DNA of 64,000 bases from the NCBI GenBank assembly GCA_041395665.1, contig JAWLAB010000003.1, forward strand, positions 98,961 to 162,960. The letters are read 5' to 3'. Origin of the DNA: Pseudomonadales bacterium. Its GTDB lineage: Bacteria > Pseudomonadota > Gammaproteobacteria > Pseudomonadales > UBA7239. Positions 50,246 to 61,055 of this stretch are shown here, one piece after another. The translations under genes and the position numbers were made by a program. Numbering within the stretch: the stretch's first letter is position 1; every line of letters starts with the position of its first letter. Below the pieces are notes generated by a model. The model was not told the origin of the DNA. It made no database searches and saw only the letters and a program-made list of their open reading frames with translations.

Positions 50246-50965
50246 ATGATGCGTCAAATTGTTTTGGATACAGAAACAACAGGGCTTGATCCCGCGCAGG
50301 GCAATCGTGTTATTGAGATTGGTTGTGTCGAGGTGATTGGCAGAAAGCTCACGAACAACAATTTTCATCAATACATCAATCCTGAGCGGGACAGTGAGCC
50401 TGAAGCATTGAATGTCCACGGATTAACGACTGAATTTCTTTCAGATAAGCCGTTGTTTAATCAAATAGCAGAATCTTTTCTTAGCTATGTAGATGGTGCG
50501 GAGTTAGTCATTCACAACGCAGCATTCGATGTGGGATTTTTGAATAGCGAGTTGCAGAAAATCTATGGCACAGAATTTTCTCTTGCTGCGCGCTGCAAAA
50601 TTACCGATACCTTGGCGATGGCAAAAGAGCGCCACCCAGGGCAGCGCAATAGCTTGGATGCGCTGTGTAAACGCTACGATGTAGACAATTCGCACCGCGA
50701 GCTGCATGGCGCTTTGTTGGACGCAGAAATCCTAGCGGATGTTTATTTGGCCATGACCGGTGGGCAGACGAGCCTACTCGGTAGTTCGCAAGGTGAGGGT
50801 GGTTTGTCGACTGCACTAGCGCGAGATATCGCTATCAGCCGAGTAGACGCCGCTCTAGCAGCTCAGCTAATGGTGCAGCCTGCAACGGAGAGTGAGTTGC
50901 AGGAGCATGAAGCTTATCTCACGGTGTTGCGTAAGAAGGCTGGAAGCAGTTTGTGGGATGCGTGA
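50246..50965 (+). CDS. dnaQ: DNA polymerase III epsilon subunit (3'-5' exonuclease)
   Basis: Exo I VLDTETTG, Exo II HNAAFDVGFL, Exo III HGALLDAEILADVY. Confidence 0.93.
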   Translation: MMRQIVLDTETTGLDPAQGNRVIEIGCVEVIGRKLTNNNFHQYINPERDSEPEALNVHGLTTEFLSDKPLFNQIAESFLSYVDGAELVIHNAAFDVGFLNSELQKIYGTEFSLAARCKITDTLAMAKERHPGQRNSLDALCKRYDVDNSHRELHGALLDAEILADVYLAMTGGQTSLLGSSQGEGGLSTALARDIAISRVDAALAAQLMVQPATESELQEHEAYLTVLRKKAGSSLWDA

Positions 50966-51025
50966 GCCACTAGGCTATGTGATAAAGTTGCGCGGTTTTG
51001 AACAGTTCAAATAAAGAGGTAGGGC

Positions 51026-51667
51026 GTGTACGAGATTGTATTGGCGGGCGGTTGGATGATGGTGCCCTTGCTGCTGATGTCGATTGCCGTTGTTGCTATC
51101 ACGGCGGAGCGCTATTGGACGCTGAACGCACAAAAAATTATCCCTGCTGCATTACTCACCAAAATTTGGGATTGGTTACAACACGGGCAGGTTGATAGTA
51201 AAAAAATTAAAGCGGTTCACGATTCTTCTCCGTTGGGCCAAGTGTTGGCAGCGGGTTTGAGTAATACGCGCCATAGCCGCGCAGTCATGATTGAAAGCAT
51301 GGAAGTAGCTGCGAGTCGCGTGCAACATGATTTAGAACGTTACCTCAGTGCTTTGAGTGCCATGGCGAATATTGCGCCGCTAATGGGGCTGTTAGGTACA
51401 GTTATTGGTACGATCAAAATATTTTCTGCAATCATGCTGGAAGGTGGTACAGGAAATCCAGGTGCGTTGGCGGGTGGTATTTCTGAGGCACTAATAGCGA
51501 CAGCTACAGGATTGATTGTTGCTATTCCTGCTTCATTGGCGAGCCGCTATTTCTACCGGGTAGTGGATGGCTACATGATTAATATTCAGCAAGACGCCAT
51601 GAAATTAGTCGATGCCTTGTATTCTGATCGTAAGGTCAAAGGCGAAAAATCTAACGCTGAGCATTGA
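51026..51667 (+). CDS. MotA/TolQ/ExbB proton-channel family protein
   Basis: GTG start. Three TM helices. ANIAPLMGLLGTVIGTI and GISEALIATATGLIVAIPA blocks. Confidence 0.85.
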   Translation: MYEIVLAGGWMMVPLLLMSIAVVAITAERYWTLNAQKIIPAALLTKIWDWLQHGQVDSKKIKAVHDSSPLGQVLAAGLSNTRHSRAVMIESMEVAASRVQHDLERYLSALSAMANIAPLMGLLGTVIGTIKIFSAIMLEGGTGNPGALAGGISEALIATATGLIVAIPASLASRYFYRVVDGYMINIQQDAMKLVDALYSDRKVKGEKSNAEH

Positions 51668-52101
51668 GAGTTTTTGTGAAGATTCGCAAACGAGATAGGC
51701 AAGACGATTACATTAATGTCGTGCCGTTTATCGATATCCTGTTGGTGTTGCTTATTTTCTTTATGGTGTCTAGCCGTTTTACTCACAACGCTGAATTAAA
51801 ATTAGATTTGCCAACTGCGGAAGACCCATCGGGTCAGCAGCGTCAACCTGATACGGTTGAATTGATTGTGGCTGAAGACGGAAACTTTACAGTCAATGGC
51901 CGTGCATTGGTGGATAACAAGCCTGAAACTTTACGCAAAGCATTGCACGAGGCGGCGGGAGATCGCACGGATATCCCCGTGATTCTTTCTGCAGATGCAA
52001 AAGCGCAACATCAAGCCGTGGTGACGGCAATGGATGTGGCTGGGCAATTAGGATTTTCTCGCTTAAGCATTACGACTAGGCGTGATGAAAACGCTCAGTA
52101 A
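51664..52101 (+). CDS. ExbD/TolR family biopolymer transport protein
   Basis: INVVPFIDILLVLLIFFM TM motif followed by a periplasmic domain. The start is TTG 51664 (overlapping TGA) or GTG 51676. Confidence 0.8.
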   Translation: MRVFVKIRKRDRQDDYINVVPFIDILLVLLIFFMVSSRFTHNAELKLDLPTAEDPSGQQRQPDTVELIVAEDGNFTVNGRALVDNKPETLRKALHEAAGDRTDIPVILSADAKAQHQAVVTAMDVAGQLGFSRLSITTRRDENAQ

Positions 52102-53116
52102 ACTCTTTGATCGTATTTGGTACGATCAAAAAAAATATTACTGGCCGGTGATATTTCTATTACTTCCGCTGTCGTTAGCTTTTTTTATTGTTACATTTAT
52201 TCGTAAACAGTTACTTATTAAAAAACAATCACATCTACCAGTGCCTATTATTGTCGTTGGTAATATCTCTGTCGGTGGTACAGGAAAAACCCCGTTGTTA
52301 TGTGCTTTGGCGCAAGCATTTACTAAACGCGGAAAGCGCGTTGGTATTGTGAGCCGTGGGTACGGCGGTAACTTTGCAGAGTGCACACGGCTTGTGTCGG
52401 TTAATGACGATGCTATTAGTGTGGGTGATGAACCTTTATTGATTGCACGCACGACAGAATGCCCTGTGGTTGTTGGTCGTGATCGTGTTGCAGCCGCAAA
52501 GCACTTATTGTCTGCGCATAAAGTGGAAGTCATTTTGTCTGACGATGGCTTGCAGCATTACGCACTGCCGCGTGATGTTGAAATTGTTGTGGTCGATGCG
52601 CAACGCGGGGTGGGTAATGGATTTTTTTTGCCAGCAGGGCCGTTGCGTGAGCCTGCATCGCGTCTACAGTCTGTTGATTTTGTTGTTGTGAATGGTCTGG
52701 CAAATTCTTCTAATGCTTTACCTAACGCAAAAAATATTTTATCTGTCAATTTAACGCCTCAGCATTGGGTAGCGGTTGCGTCTGGCAATATTTTCCCTTT
52801 GGAGTTTCTCGCTAAAAATACAGTTGTACATGCAGTGGCAGGTATAGGTAATCCATCAAAATTTTTTTCTACCTTAACATCGATAGGGTTTTCAGTTATC
52901 GAGCATGCTTTTTCTGATCATCATATTTTTTCAGAACGAGATTTTCAGTTTGATGACAATCTTCCAGTATTGATGACAGAAAAAGACGCAGTGAAATGTA
53001 TGGGGTTTGCTAAAGAGAATTGGTATGCATTGCGTGTGGCTATGTCGTTATCAGATGAGTGGGTTGATACTGTTTGGCACAAAGCCTCTCAAGTACACAG
53101 TAATTATGTAGGGTGA
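52085..53116 (+). CDS. lpxK: tetraacyldisaccharide 4'-kinase
   Basis: P-loop VGNISVGGTGKTP, then ILSDDGLQH. 343 aa. Confidence 0.9.
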   Translation: MKTLSKLFDRIWYDQKKYYWPVIFLLLPLSLAFFIVTFIRKQLLIKKQSHLPVPIIVVGNISVGGTGKTPLLCALAQAFTKRGKRVGIVSRGYGGNFAECTRLVSVNDDAISVGDEPLLIARTTECPVVVGRDRVAAAKHLLSAHKVEVILSDDGLQHYALPRDVEIVVVDAQRGVGNGFFLPAGPLREPASRLQSVDFVVVNGLANSSNALPNAKNILSVNLTPQHWVAVASGNIFPLEFLAKNTVVHAVAGIGNPSKFFSTLTSIGFSVIEHAFSDHHIFSERDFQFDDNLPVLMTEKDAVKCMGFAKENWYALRVAMSLSDEWVDTVWHKASQVHSNYVG

Positions 53117-53120
53117 TGTA

Positions 53121-53882
53121 ATGAGTTTTGTGGTTGTTATTCCTGCGCGATTTGCCTCAACGCGCTTGCCGGGTAAGCCTTTGATAGATATTGCAGGCAA
53201 GCCGATGATTGAGCATGTTTGGCAACGCGCCAAACAAAGCGGTGCCAGTGAAGTGTTGATAGCAACGGATGATTCTCGCATTGCGGAAGCAGCAGAAAAG
53301 TTTGGAGCCAGAGTTGTGATGACGCGCGTCGATCACCCATCGGGTACTGATCGCTTACAAGAAGTGGCAAAACAGCGCGGCTGGCCCGATGAGCAAGTGG
53401 TGGTCAATGTGCAAGGCGATGAACCATTAATTCCGTCAGCAGTTATTGATCAAGTCGCTGCATTACTGCTAAAAAATACGCAAGCCGATATGGCAACTCT
53501 GTGTGAAGCCATTACCGACGAAGCGCAATTTCGTGACCCGAATGCTGTAAAAGTGGTGAGTAATGCAGCGCAACAAGCTTTGTATTTTAGTCGCGCGCCG
53601 ATTCCATGGCCGCGTGAAGGGCAGCCATTAGTCTCTGCGGACGGAAAAACGGTCTGGGGGTATCGGCATATTGGTTTGTATGCTTATCGCGCAGGCTTTT
53701 TACATCGCTATGTGCAGTGGGATTCCTGCTTGTTGGAGAACACTGAAAAATTAGAACAGCTACGCGCTTTGCATCAAGGTTCCATTATTCAAGTGGCTGA
53801 ATCTTGTGTGAGTATTCCTGCGGGTGTTGATACGCCGCATGATCTTGATATCGTTCGTCGATACATTGCAGCGCAGGGGTAA
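53121..53882 (+). CDS. kdsB: 3-deoxy-manno-octulosonate cytidylyltransferase
   Basis: VVIPARFASTRLPGKPL, VVNVQGDEPLI, EQLEQLRAL. Confidence 0.93.
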   Translation: MSFVVVIPARFASTRLPGKPLIDIAGKPMIEHVWQRAKQSGASEVLIATDDSRIAEAAEKFGARVVMTRVDHPSGTDRLQEVAKQRGWPDEQVVVNVQGDEPLIPSAVIDQVAALLLKNTQADMATLCEAITDEAQFRDPNAVKVVSNAAQQALYFSRAPIPWPREGQPLVSADGKTVWGYRHIGLYAYRAGFLHRYVQWDSCLLENTEKLEQLRALHQGSIIQVAESCVSIPAGVDTPHDLDIVRRYIAAQG

Positions 53883-53885
53883 TGC

Positions 53886-54368
53886 ATGACAGTTAAAGTA
53901 TTGTTCGTTTGCTTAGGCAATATATGCCGCTCTCCAACTGCGCACGGCGTTTTTGAGCAACGCGTACAGCAAGCGGGTTTGACTAAAAATATTTTGGTGG
54001 ATTCTGCTGCAACAGCCGCATTTCATGTGGGGAACCCTCCTGATCCAAGAACTATTCGTGCGGCGGCAACGCGTGGTTATGACTTAAGCGCGCAAGTTTC
54101 TCGCCAAGTGACAAAAAATGATTTTTTACATTTCGATTTTATTTTGCCGATGGACAGAATCAATTTGAGCAACTTGCGTGCCATTCAGCCGAAAGATTTT
54201 GTAGGACATTTAGGGTTGTTTATGGATTTCAGCAAGCAGCGTCAGTACACACAAGTGCCTGATCCCTATAACGATGGCGCGGAAAGTTTTGAACTGGTTT
54301 TAGACTTGGTTGAAGATGCCGCTGATGGCTTGCTGAAACATATTGTTTCAGCGCGCTTACAAGGATGA
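53886..54368 (+). CDS. low-molecular-weight protein-tyrosine phosphatase
   Basis: Active-site loop VLFVCLGNICRSP, and DPY near the C-terminus. 160 aa. Confidence 0.85.
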   Translation: MTVKVLFVCLGNICRSPTAHGVFEQRVQQAGLTKNILVDSAATAAFHVGNPPDPRTIRAAATRGYDLSAQVSRQVTKNDFLHFDFILPMDRINLSNLRAIQPKDFVGHLGLFMDFSKQRQYTQVPDPYNDGAESFELVLDLVEDAADGLLKHIVSARLQG

Positions 54369-55403
54369 TTGCTTGTGTTGCGTGAGTCTGTTGAACTACA
54401 GCCGTACAATACTTTGTCTTTGCATGCGCGTGCAGCGCTATTCTGCGAAACTAAAAACATAGAAGAATTGCAGGCGGCATTAGCGCTGGCGCGAGAAAGG
54501 AAATTATCCGTATTGCCGTTGGGCGAGGGGAGCAATATTGTTTTAACGCAAGATTATGATGGTATGGTTTTGCGTTTTCGTGATGAAACAATCAAAGTTG
54601 AATACGAAGATGAAGCGTGCGTGCATGTCAGCGTTGGTGCTGGTATGCGTTGGCATGACTGGGTTGAAAGCTCCATTGCCTCATATTGGTATGGTTTGGA
54701 AAATTTGGCGTTGATTCCTGGTATGGTTGGTGCGGCTCCCGTACAAAATATTGGCGCCTACGGTATTGAAGTGGCTGATTTTATTGAGGCTGTGCGTGGT
54801 GTTTATATCGATAGTGGCGAAAGTTTTGAATTGGATAATACCGCCTGCCAATTTTCTTATCGTCATAGTGTATTTAAAGGCGAGCTATTTCAAAAAACAG
54901 TGATTACATCCGTATTATTTCGATTGAATAAAACAGCGAATATCCACTGCCACTATGCGGCATTGCGAGAATACTTGGCTGAGCATCATCCCGTTGAATT
55001 GGAGCGTGGTCTGCTTAGTGCTGTAATGATTAAAGATGCTGTTTGCGAAGTCCGTCGTTCTCGCTTACCCGATCCAACGCGCCTTCCTAATGCTGGAAGC
55101 TTCTTTAAGAATCCACAGGTATCGCCTGAGCACTTTGTGCGTTTGCGAGAGCAATTTCCCCATGTGATTTTTTATGCAGGCGAGCAGGGAAAATTCAAAA
55201 TTGCAGCAGGGTGGTTGATTGATCAGCTAGGCTGGAAAGGGCGTTGCATAGGTGCTGCCTGTGTGCATGAAAAGCAGGCTTTAGTTTTGGTCAATCGTTC
55301 CAATGCCAATGGAAAAGAAATTTTGGCGTTGGCAGATGCAATTGCTGCTGATGTATTGAAAGTCTTTGGCATAACGCTGGAATATGAACCACTGGTTATA
55401 TAG
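54369..55403 (+). CDS. murB: UDP-N-acetylenolpyruvoylglucosamine reductase
   Basis: FAD-binding domain (LPLGEGSNIV), GAAPVQNIGAYG, GSFFKNP, KIAAGWLID. Non-ATG start (TTG/GTG 54369-54375). Confidence 0.9.
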   Translation: MLVLRESVELQPYNTLSLHARAALFCETKNIEELQAALALARERKLSVLPLGEGSNIVLTQDYDGMVLRFRDETIKVEYEDEACVHVSVGAGMRWHDWVESSIASYWYGLENLALIPGMVGAAPVQNIGAYGIEVADFIEAVRGVYIDSGESFELDNTACQFSYRHSVFKGELFQKTVITSVLFRLNKTANIHCHYAALREYLAEHHPVELERGLLSAVMIKDAVCEVRRSRLPDPTRLPNAGSFFKNPQVSPEHFVRLREQFPHVIFYAGEQGKFKIAAGWLIDQLGWKGRCIGAACVHEKQALVLVNRSNANGKEILALADAIAADVLKVFGITLEYEPLVI

Positions 55404-55411
55404 CTTGGGTG

Positions 55412-57124
55412 TTACTTGGGTGTTGCAGTGTTGCTTAATCGAGTCTTATACCATTGATGTGTGGCATCAATTTTTGGCATGAGTGCGTCAAGATTGATGG
55501 TTTTCAAGTCTTCAAAACTGCACTGAAAAATAAGAATGTCGCGGTTTCTATAAAGAACATTATTCATACAGGCTGCACTAATGGGTGCAACGGCTGGATC
55601 AAAACTCAGAGTTTGCAAGGAAAGCACTAAAGTAAATGCCAGTGGAGACTTCCATTGGTAGTGTTCCCCAACCCTAATGACATGATCTTCTATTAAATCT
55701 AAGCAATCAGCAAAGTTTTGCGATGTTGGCAAGCGGTATTCAATATGGCGGGGGTAGCCGTTGTAGCCACAACCTGCTAATTGACTGGCATGGGTATTGG
55801 TTAGGTGTTGGATAGCTTGATCTAAGCCCGCCGTTTTTTGTACGGCGTTGTTATCCCACAAAAATACAGATTTTCTTGTGGCTGGCTCCATTATTACGCC
55901 AATGGATAATAAGACAACGAGACTTGTAAGCGCTGTATTTTTGAAAGCACATTGCGTGGAAAGGAGTTGCGCTGCCAATACAAACAATAACCACAGGCTC
56001 CACTGCATAGGAAAATATAAATGCCCTGGTGACATCGCCATGGCGAATATCACAAACCACAATATATAAATCAATATGCAGGTATTGATTGAAAAGATCA
56101 GCCATGTAAAAGGTGATACATCACGGCATTGAATTATTTTCTTGAAAGTGATGATGGAAATAGCTATCAATCCCAGTACATAAAGTATGCCTACAATATG
56201 ATAGATGTCAGCAGGTTCGTTGCCTAAAAAAGGATTCTTTATACCGAACTCTGCCAAACCTTCTTCGACAAAATAGAGATTCTTGTTTGCATTGCGAAAC
56301 AGATAGGGAAGTTTTTCTTCGGCTTGCAGCCATTGCCCAATACCAGAGCCGTGATGGTGGATAAAGTCTTGTTTATACTGTTGATAGTTTGCTTGGTAGA
56401 TTGTTGAGTAATCTTGTAGTGCATTTTTTTGCAATAAGAAGGATGTGCTGCTAATAAAAATTGACGGAAGGACTAATAAAACGATTAGGATCAATAGTTT
56501 CTTAGCTTGTATAAAAACTGACAATAAAAAAACAAGGTTCAACCAGATAAACGCGGGTAATAGAAGTGGCTTGATGAGTAGACTAATGCTGGTCGCTATT
56601 CCTAGAAACAATGCACAATTTTTAATGCTGTAAGATTTGTTGAATGACACACAGGCAGATAATAAAAACAATAAGCTGCCGGTGTAATAGCCAATTAACG
56701 ATGAAAAATCTTGTGCAAACGCAGCGACAATACCGCCGCACAAGCAGAGCATGATCAAGGCAGGGTTTCTGCCATAGCGGCGAATCTGCCATAAACATAA
56801 AGCAGAAAGTACGAGGTTGACTGCCCAGCCCGTAACGCCGCCTATCCACCATTGATTGCCGAAAATTTTTATCAAGAGGGCTGCTGGTAGTAGTAGGGCT
56901 GCGGGACCGGTGAAATCAGGATTGAAGGGGATTTTTTCGCTGTAACTGGTGGCCCATCCGTAGTCGTTAAGCCAATTTTTAGGGACAGATAAAAAAAGCG
57001 CGTCGTCACTGGAAGGTGAGCGCTCAAATGCCAAAATCCCTTGGCCGATAACAAAGGCAATAAACAGAACGAGAGCGATGATATTGATCAGGGCTTCCGC
57101 CCGATTCGCCTTGAAATACAGCAC
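55412..57124 (-). CDS. large polytopic membrane protein, GT-C/PMT-like (hypothetical)
   Basis: 570 aa, GTG start, about 12 or more hydrophobic segments. An early-loop acidic motif SSDDALFL and a C-terminal soluble domain of about 150 aa. Composition is visibly A/T-rich. Confidence 0.4.
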   Translation of the reverse strand: MLYFKANRAEALINIIALVLFIAFVIGQGILAFERSPSSDDALFLSVPKNWLNDYGWATSYSEKIPFNPDFTGPAALLLPAALLIKIFGNQWWIGGVTGWAVNLVLSALCLWQIRRYGRNPALIMLCLCGGIVAAFAQDFSSLIGYYTGSLLFLLSACVSFNKSYSIKNCALFLGIATSISLLIKPLLLPAFIWLNLVFLLSVFIQAKKLLILIVLLVLPSIFISSTSFLLQKNALQDYSTIYQANYQQYKQDFIHHHGSGIGQWLQAEEKLPYLFRNANKNLYFVEEGLAEFGIKNPFLGNEPADIYHIVGILYVLGLIAISIITFKKIIQCRDVSPFTWLIFSINTCILIYILWFVIFAMAMSPGHLYFPMQWSLWLLFVLAAQLLSTQCAFKNTALTSLVVLLSIGVIMEPATRKSVFLWDNNAVQKTAGLDQAIQHLTNTHASQLAGCGYNGYPRHIEYRLPTSQNFADCLDLIEDHVIRVGEHYQWKSPLAFTLVLSLQTLSFDPAVAPISAACMNNVLYRNRDILIFQCSFEDLKTINLDALMPKIDATHQWYKTRLSNTATPK

Positions 57125-57138
57125 CTTACCCCCATTTA
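57110..57138 (+). promoter_or_regulatory. sigma32 (heat-shock) promoter of htpG
   Basis: CTTGAAA (57110-57116), a 13-nt spacer, then CCCCATTT (57130-57137). This matches the consensus CTTGAA-N13-15-CCCCATnT, about 45 nt upstream of the htpG start. Confidence 0.6.
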
Positions 57139-57183
57139 GCAGATGTTCCCCACGATTCTAACTGCTTTATGGAGATTTCTACG

Positions 57184-59085
57184 ATGTCTGTTGCTGATAA
57201 ACCTACCGCTGAAACCCTAGGCTTTCAAACAGAGGCTAAACAACTCCTGCAATTGATGATCCACTCGTTATATAGCAACCGTGAAATTTTCTTGCGCGAG
57301 TTGGTTTCCAATGCGTCGGATGCCTGTGACAAATTGCGCTTTGCCGCGTTGGCGGATAGCAGCCTTTATGAAAACGATGGTGAGCTGAAGGTTCGTATCA
57401 GTGTGGATGAAGATGCACGCACCATCATCATTGATGATAATGGTATTGGCATGAGTCGCGAGGAAGCGGTTTCGCATTTGGGCACGATTGCTAAATCAGG
57501 CACAGCAGAATTTATTCGCAATTTATCGGGCGATGAGAAAAAAGATTCGCATTTAATTGGTCAGTTTGGTGTCGGTTTTTATTCGGCTTTTATCGTTGCG
57601 GATAAAGTGGAAGTGTTGAGTCGCCGCGCAGGGCAATCAGCCGCAGACGGTGTGCATTGGGTATCATCTGGTGAATCGGATTTCTCTGTTGAAACGATTG
57701 ATAAGCCAGAGCGCGGTACACGCATTGTGTTGCATCTCAAAGAAGATGCGGCAGAGTTTGCGAATGATTGGCGTCTGCGCAGCATCGTGCGTAAATATTC
57801 CGATCACATTGCTGTGCCTGTGCAAATGCGTCAATACATGCCGCCAGCGGAAGAAGGCAAAGAGCAAGAAATTGGCGAGTGGGAAAATGTAAACAGTGCC
57901 ACCGCGCTGTGGATGCGCAGTAAGAATGAAATTTCTGATGAGGAATACCAATCTTTTTATCAGCATGTGTCGCACGATTACGCTGAACCTTTGGCGTGGA
58001 GCCACAATAAAGTGGAAGGCAAGTTAGAGTACACCAGCTTGCTGTATATCCCAACTGAGGCACCTTTTGATCTTTATCATCGTGATGCTGCGCGTGGATT
58101 GAAGTTGTATGTACAGCGCACTTACATCATGGATGATGCCGAACAGTTTTTACCGTTGTATTTGCGTTTTGTGAAAGGCGTAGTGGACTCAAACGATTTG
58201 TCTCTCAATGTGTCGCGTGAAATTCTGCAACAGGATGCCACGGTAGAAAGCATGAAGTCAGCGTTGACCAAGCGTGTGTTAGATATGCTGGAGAAGCTAG
58301 CAGAAGACAAAGAAAAATATGCTGCATTCTGGAAAACTTTTGGCAATGTATTGAAAGAAGGTATGGTGGAAGATGTCGCTAATCGCGAGCGCATCGGCAA
58401 GCTGCTGCGTTTTGCAAGCAGCACTTCATCAAAAGAGCAGGATCAATCACTGGATGATTACATTGCTCGCATGAAAGAAGGGCAGACGCAGATTTATTAC
58501 ATTGTTTCTGATCATTACGACACGGCCAAAAATAGCCCTCACTTAGAAATATTCCGTGCCAACGATGTGGAAGTGTTGTTAATGCACGATCGTTTGGATG
58601 AATGGATGATGGGCTATTTCCGCGAATACGCAGGCAAAGCGTTTGCCGATGTTGCGCGTGGCGATTTGGATATTAGCCATTTAATGAAGGATCCACAGCC
58701 CGAGAAAAAAGCCGAAGATGAATCGGCAGCGGATAATGCCTTGCTTGAACGCATCAAAACTTTGCTGAGTGAACAGGTGGAGTCGGTACGCTTTTCTACG
58801 CGCTTGGTGGATTCGCCTGCCTGTCTTGTGGTGGGTCAGGCAGATATGGGTATGCAGATGCGTCGCATGATGGAAGCGGCGGGGCAAGCTGTTCCAGATG
58901 CAAAGCCAATTTTTGAACTCAACGAAAAGCACGCGTTGGTGAAGCGTTTGACGGGTACGAGTGATGCTGCACGGTTCGAAGATTTGGCGCTGGTGTTGTT
59001 GGATGAAGCGCGGTTGTCGGCGGGCTTGACGCTAGAAAACCCTGCGGGATTTGTTGCGCGAGTCAACCGCTTGTTGAATGCTTAA
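57184..59085 (+). CDS. htpG: molecular chaperone HtpG (Hsp90)
   Basis: [38 protein letters not shown]. 633 aa. An alternative in-frame ATG lies at 57169. Confidence 0.95.
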   Translation: MSVADKPTAETLGFQTEAKQLLQLMIHSLYSNREIFLRELVSNASDACDKLRFAALADSSLYENDGELKVRISVDEDARTIIIDDNGIGMSREEAVSHLGTIAKSGTAEFIRNLSGDEKKDSHLIGQFGVGFYSAFIVADKVEVLSRRAGQSAADGVHWVSSGESDFSVETIDKPERGTRIVLHLKEDAAEFANDWRLRSIVRKYSDHIAVPVQMRQYMPPAEEGKEQEIGEWENVNSATALWMRSKNEISDEEYQSFYQHVSHDYAEPLAWSHNKVEGKLEYTSLLYIPTEAPFDLYHRDAARGLKLYVQRTYIMDDAEQFLPLYLRFVKGVVDSNDLSLNVSREILQQDATVESMKSALTKRVLDMLEKLAEDKEKYAAFWKTFGNVLKEGMVEDVANRERIGKLLRFASSTSSKEQDQSLDDYIARMKEGQTQIYYIVSDHYDTAKNSPHLEIFRANDVEVLLMHDRLDEWMMGYFREYAGKAFADVARGDLDISHLMKDPQPEKKAEDESAADNALLERIKTLLSEQVESVRFSTRLVDSPACLVVGQADMGMQMRRMMEAAGQAVPDAKPIFELNEKHALVKRLTGTSDAARFEDLALVLLDEARLSAGLTLENPAGFVARVNRLLNA

Positions 59086-59155
59086 TAGGTCTTGGCGTTG
59101 GTTATTTGTGCTATCGTTTGCACGATTGAATTGATGCTAGAAAAGACGAAACAGA

Positions 59156-60202
59156 ATGGCTAAATCGAAAATCGTGGTGATGGGCGGTGGCAGTTTCGGC
59201 ACCGCCATCGCCAATATCTTGGCAGAAAATGATTTTCAAACCGTGTTGTGGGTGCGCGATGCAGAAAAAGCATCTGCTATACAAACTACACGCGAAAATA
59301 AAACTTATCTTCCTAACTTAATCTTGCACAATAGTTTGCAAGCAACAGCCGACATGACATTGGCTTTGCAAGACGCTGAGATTGTTTTTGTTTCTGTGCC
59401 GAGTAAAGTTTTTCGTTCTGTTGTGCAACAGATGCGTCCATTGTTACCGCCGAATGCAATAGTGGTTAGCACGGCAAAAGGCATTGAAACGGGAGAAAAT
59501 CATCAAGGATTTTGGTTGATGAGCGATGTGCTGAAACAAGAACTTCCAACGCACCGCATTGCTGTCTTGAGCGGTCCAAACTTGGCGGGAGAAATCGCAG
59601 AAAAACAATTAACGGGCACAGTGGTAGCGAGCAGTGATGCAGCCGTTTGTCAGCAAGTGCAAGATTGTTTGCGTAGCCCGTATTTTCGTGTTTACAGCAA
59701 CAACGATGTTTATGGTGTTGAATTGGGCGGTGTATTAAAAAACAGTTATGCCATCGCTTGTGGCATGGCGGCGGCACTGGGTTTGGGTTACAACACCATC
59801 AGTATGCTGATCACGCGCAGCTTGGCAGAAATGGGGCGATTTGCTGCAAAACTCGGTGCTGACCCGCTGACTTTTATTGGTCTTGCCGGTGTGGGTGATT
59901 TAATTGTTACTTGTACTTCACCGCGTTCGCGCAATTACCGTATTGGTTTTGCGATTGGTCAAGGGCGCAGCTTGCAAGAAGCCATTACCGAAGTAGGGCA
60001 AGTGGCAGAAGGCATCAACACAATTCACTTAGTGAAATTAAAAGCAGATGAATTGGGCGTTTATATGCCTTTAGTTAGCGCGTTGAATGATATTTTGTTC
60101 AATGGTAGAAGTATCGCTGATGCCAGCGCCGCATTGATGGGTAGCGATAACAACAGTGATGTGGAGTATCGCGCCAATATCACCGCATCAAATAATGCAT
60201 AA
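59156..60202 (+). CDS. gpsA: NAD(P)H-dependent glycerol-3-phosphate dehydrogenase
   Basis: [32 protein letters not shown] and GEGV-like blocks. 348 aa. Confidence 0.93.
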   Translation: MAKSKIVVMGGGSFGTAIANILAENDFQTVLWVRDAEKASAIQTTRENKTYLPNLILHNSLQATADMTLALQDAEIVFVSVPSKVFRSVVQQMRPLLPPNAIVVSTAKGIETGENHQGFWLMSDVLKQELPTHRIAVLSGPNLAGEIAEKQLTGTVVASSDAAVCQQVQDCLRSPYFRVYSNNDVYGVELGGVLKNSYAIACGMAAALGLGYNTISMLITRSLAEMGRFAAKLGADPLTFIGLAGVGDLIVTCTSPRSRNYRIGFAIGQGRSLQEAITEVGQVAEGINTIHLVKLKADELGVYMPLVSALNDILFNGRSIADASAALMGSDNNSDVEYRANITASNNA

Positions 60203-61055
60203 CTCAGAAATCCCTGAGCAAATTTCTTTTTCCGTACTAGGATTGAAGCTAGCGGCACAGCGTTGGCATCAGGGCGCAATGCCTGTTCTTGCTTTGCATG
60301 GCTGGTTAGATAACAGCGACAGCTTTTCTCTTATCGCGCCTGAAATGCCTGATGTCGATTTGGTGGCATTGGATATGGCAGGGCATGGTTGGAGTGATCA
60401 TCGCGCTGCGCACGCCAGTTATTTAATTTGGGATGATTTTCGTGAAATTCTCTCGGTTGCCGATCAATTAGGCTGGCAGCGTTTTGGTTTGTTGGGGCAT
60501 TCTCGCGGTGGGATTATTGCCGCACTGTTGACCTCTGCTATGCCTGAGCGTGTAACGGCGCTTGGTTTGATTGATGGCTTGTGGCCACAGACCTGTGAGG
60601 CTGCGCAAACCCCCACGCAAATTGCCCATAGCTTGCGCGCGCAGCAAAAGCAGCCATCGTCACGAGCGTATCCTTCTTTGGATGTTATGGCTCAGCAGCG
60701 ATTGCGTCATGGATTTCCTGTATCCGAGGAGACGGCGCAGGTTTTGGTGCGCCGCAATGCGGTGCAAAACGAAGAGGAGCAGTGGCTGTGGCGGATGGAT
60801 GCACGGCTGCGCCATCCTTCCATGATGATGCTAACGCCAGAGCAGATGCGCGCCTGCCATCGTGCGATTGCCGTGCCAACTGAACTGCATCTGGCGCAGC
60901 AGGGTTTGGTGCAGGCATACCCTGATTATGCAGAGAGCTTGCTCGCGCTGCCGCAAATCAATTGGTCCGTGCATGAGGCTGGCCATCATTTGCACATGGA
61001 AGGGGTGCAAAGCATACTTGGGCAAACCTTTAACATATTCTTTCAACGCCTGTGA
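60195..61055 (+). CDS. alpha/beta hydrolase
   Basis: [14 protein letters not shown], nucleophile elbow LLGHSRGG, and a C-terminal GHHLH. The start at ATG 60195 overlaps the gpsA stop. Confidence 0.75.
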   Translation: MHNSEIPEQISFSVLGLKLAAQRWHQGAMPVLALHGWLDNSDSFSLIAPEMPDVDLVALDMAGHGWSDHRAAHASYLIWDDFREILSVADQLGWQRFGLLGHSRGGIIAALLTSAMPERVTALGLIDGLWPQTCEAAQTPTQIAHSLRAQQKQPSSRAYPSLDVMAQQRLRHGFPVSEETAQVLVRRNAVQNEEEQWLWRMDARLRHPSMMMLTPEQMRACHRAIAVPTELHLAQQGLVQAYPDYAESLLALPQINWSVHEAGHHLHMEGVQSILGQTFNIFFQRL

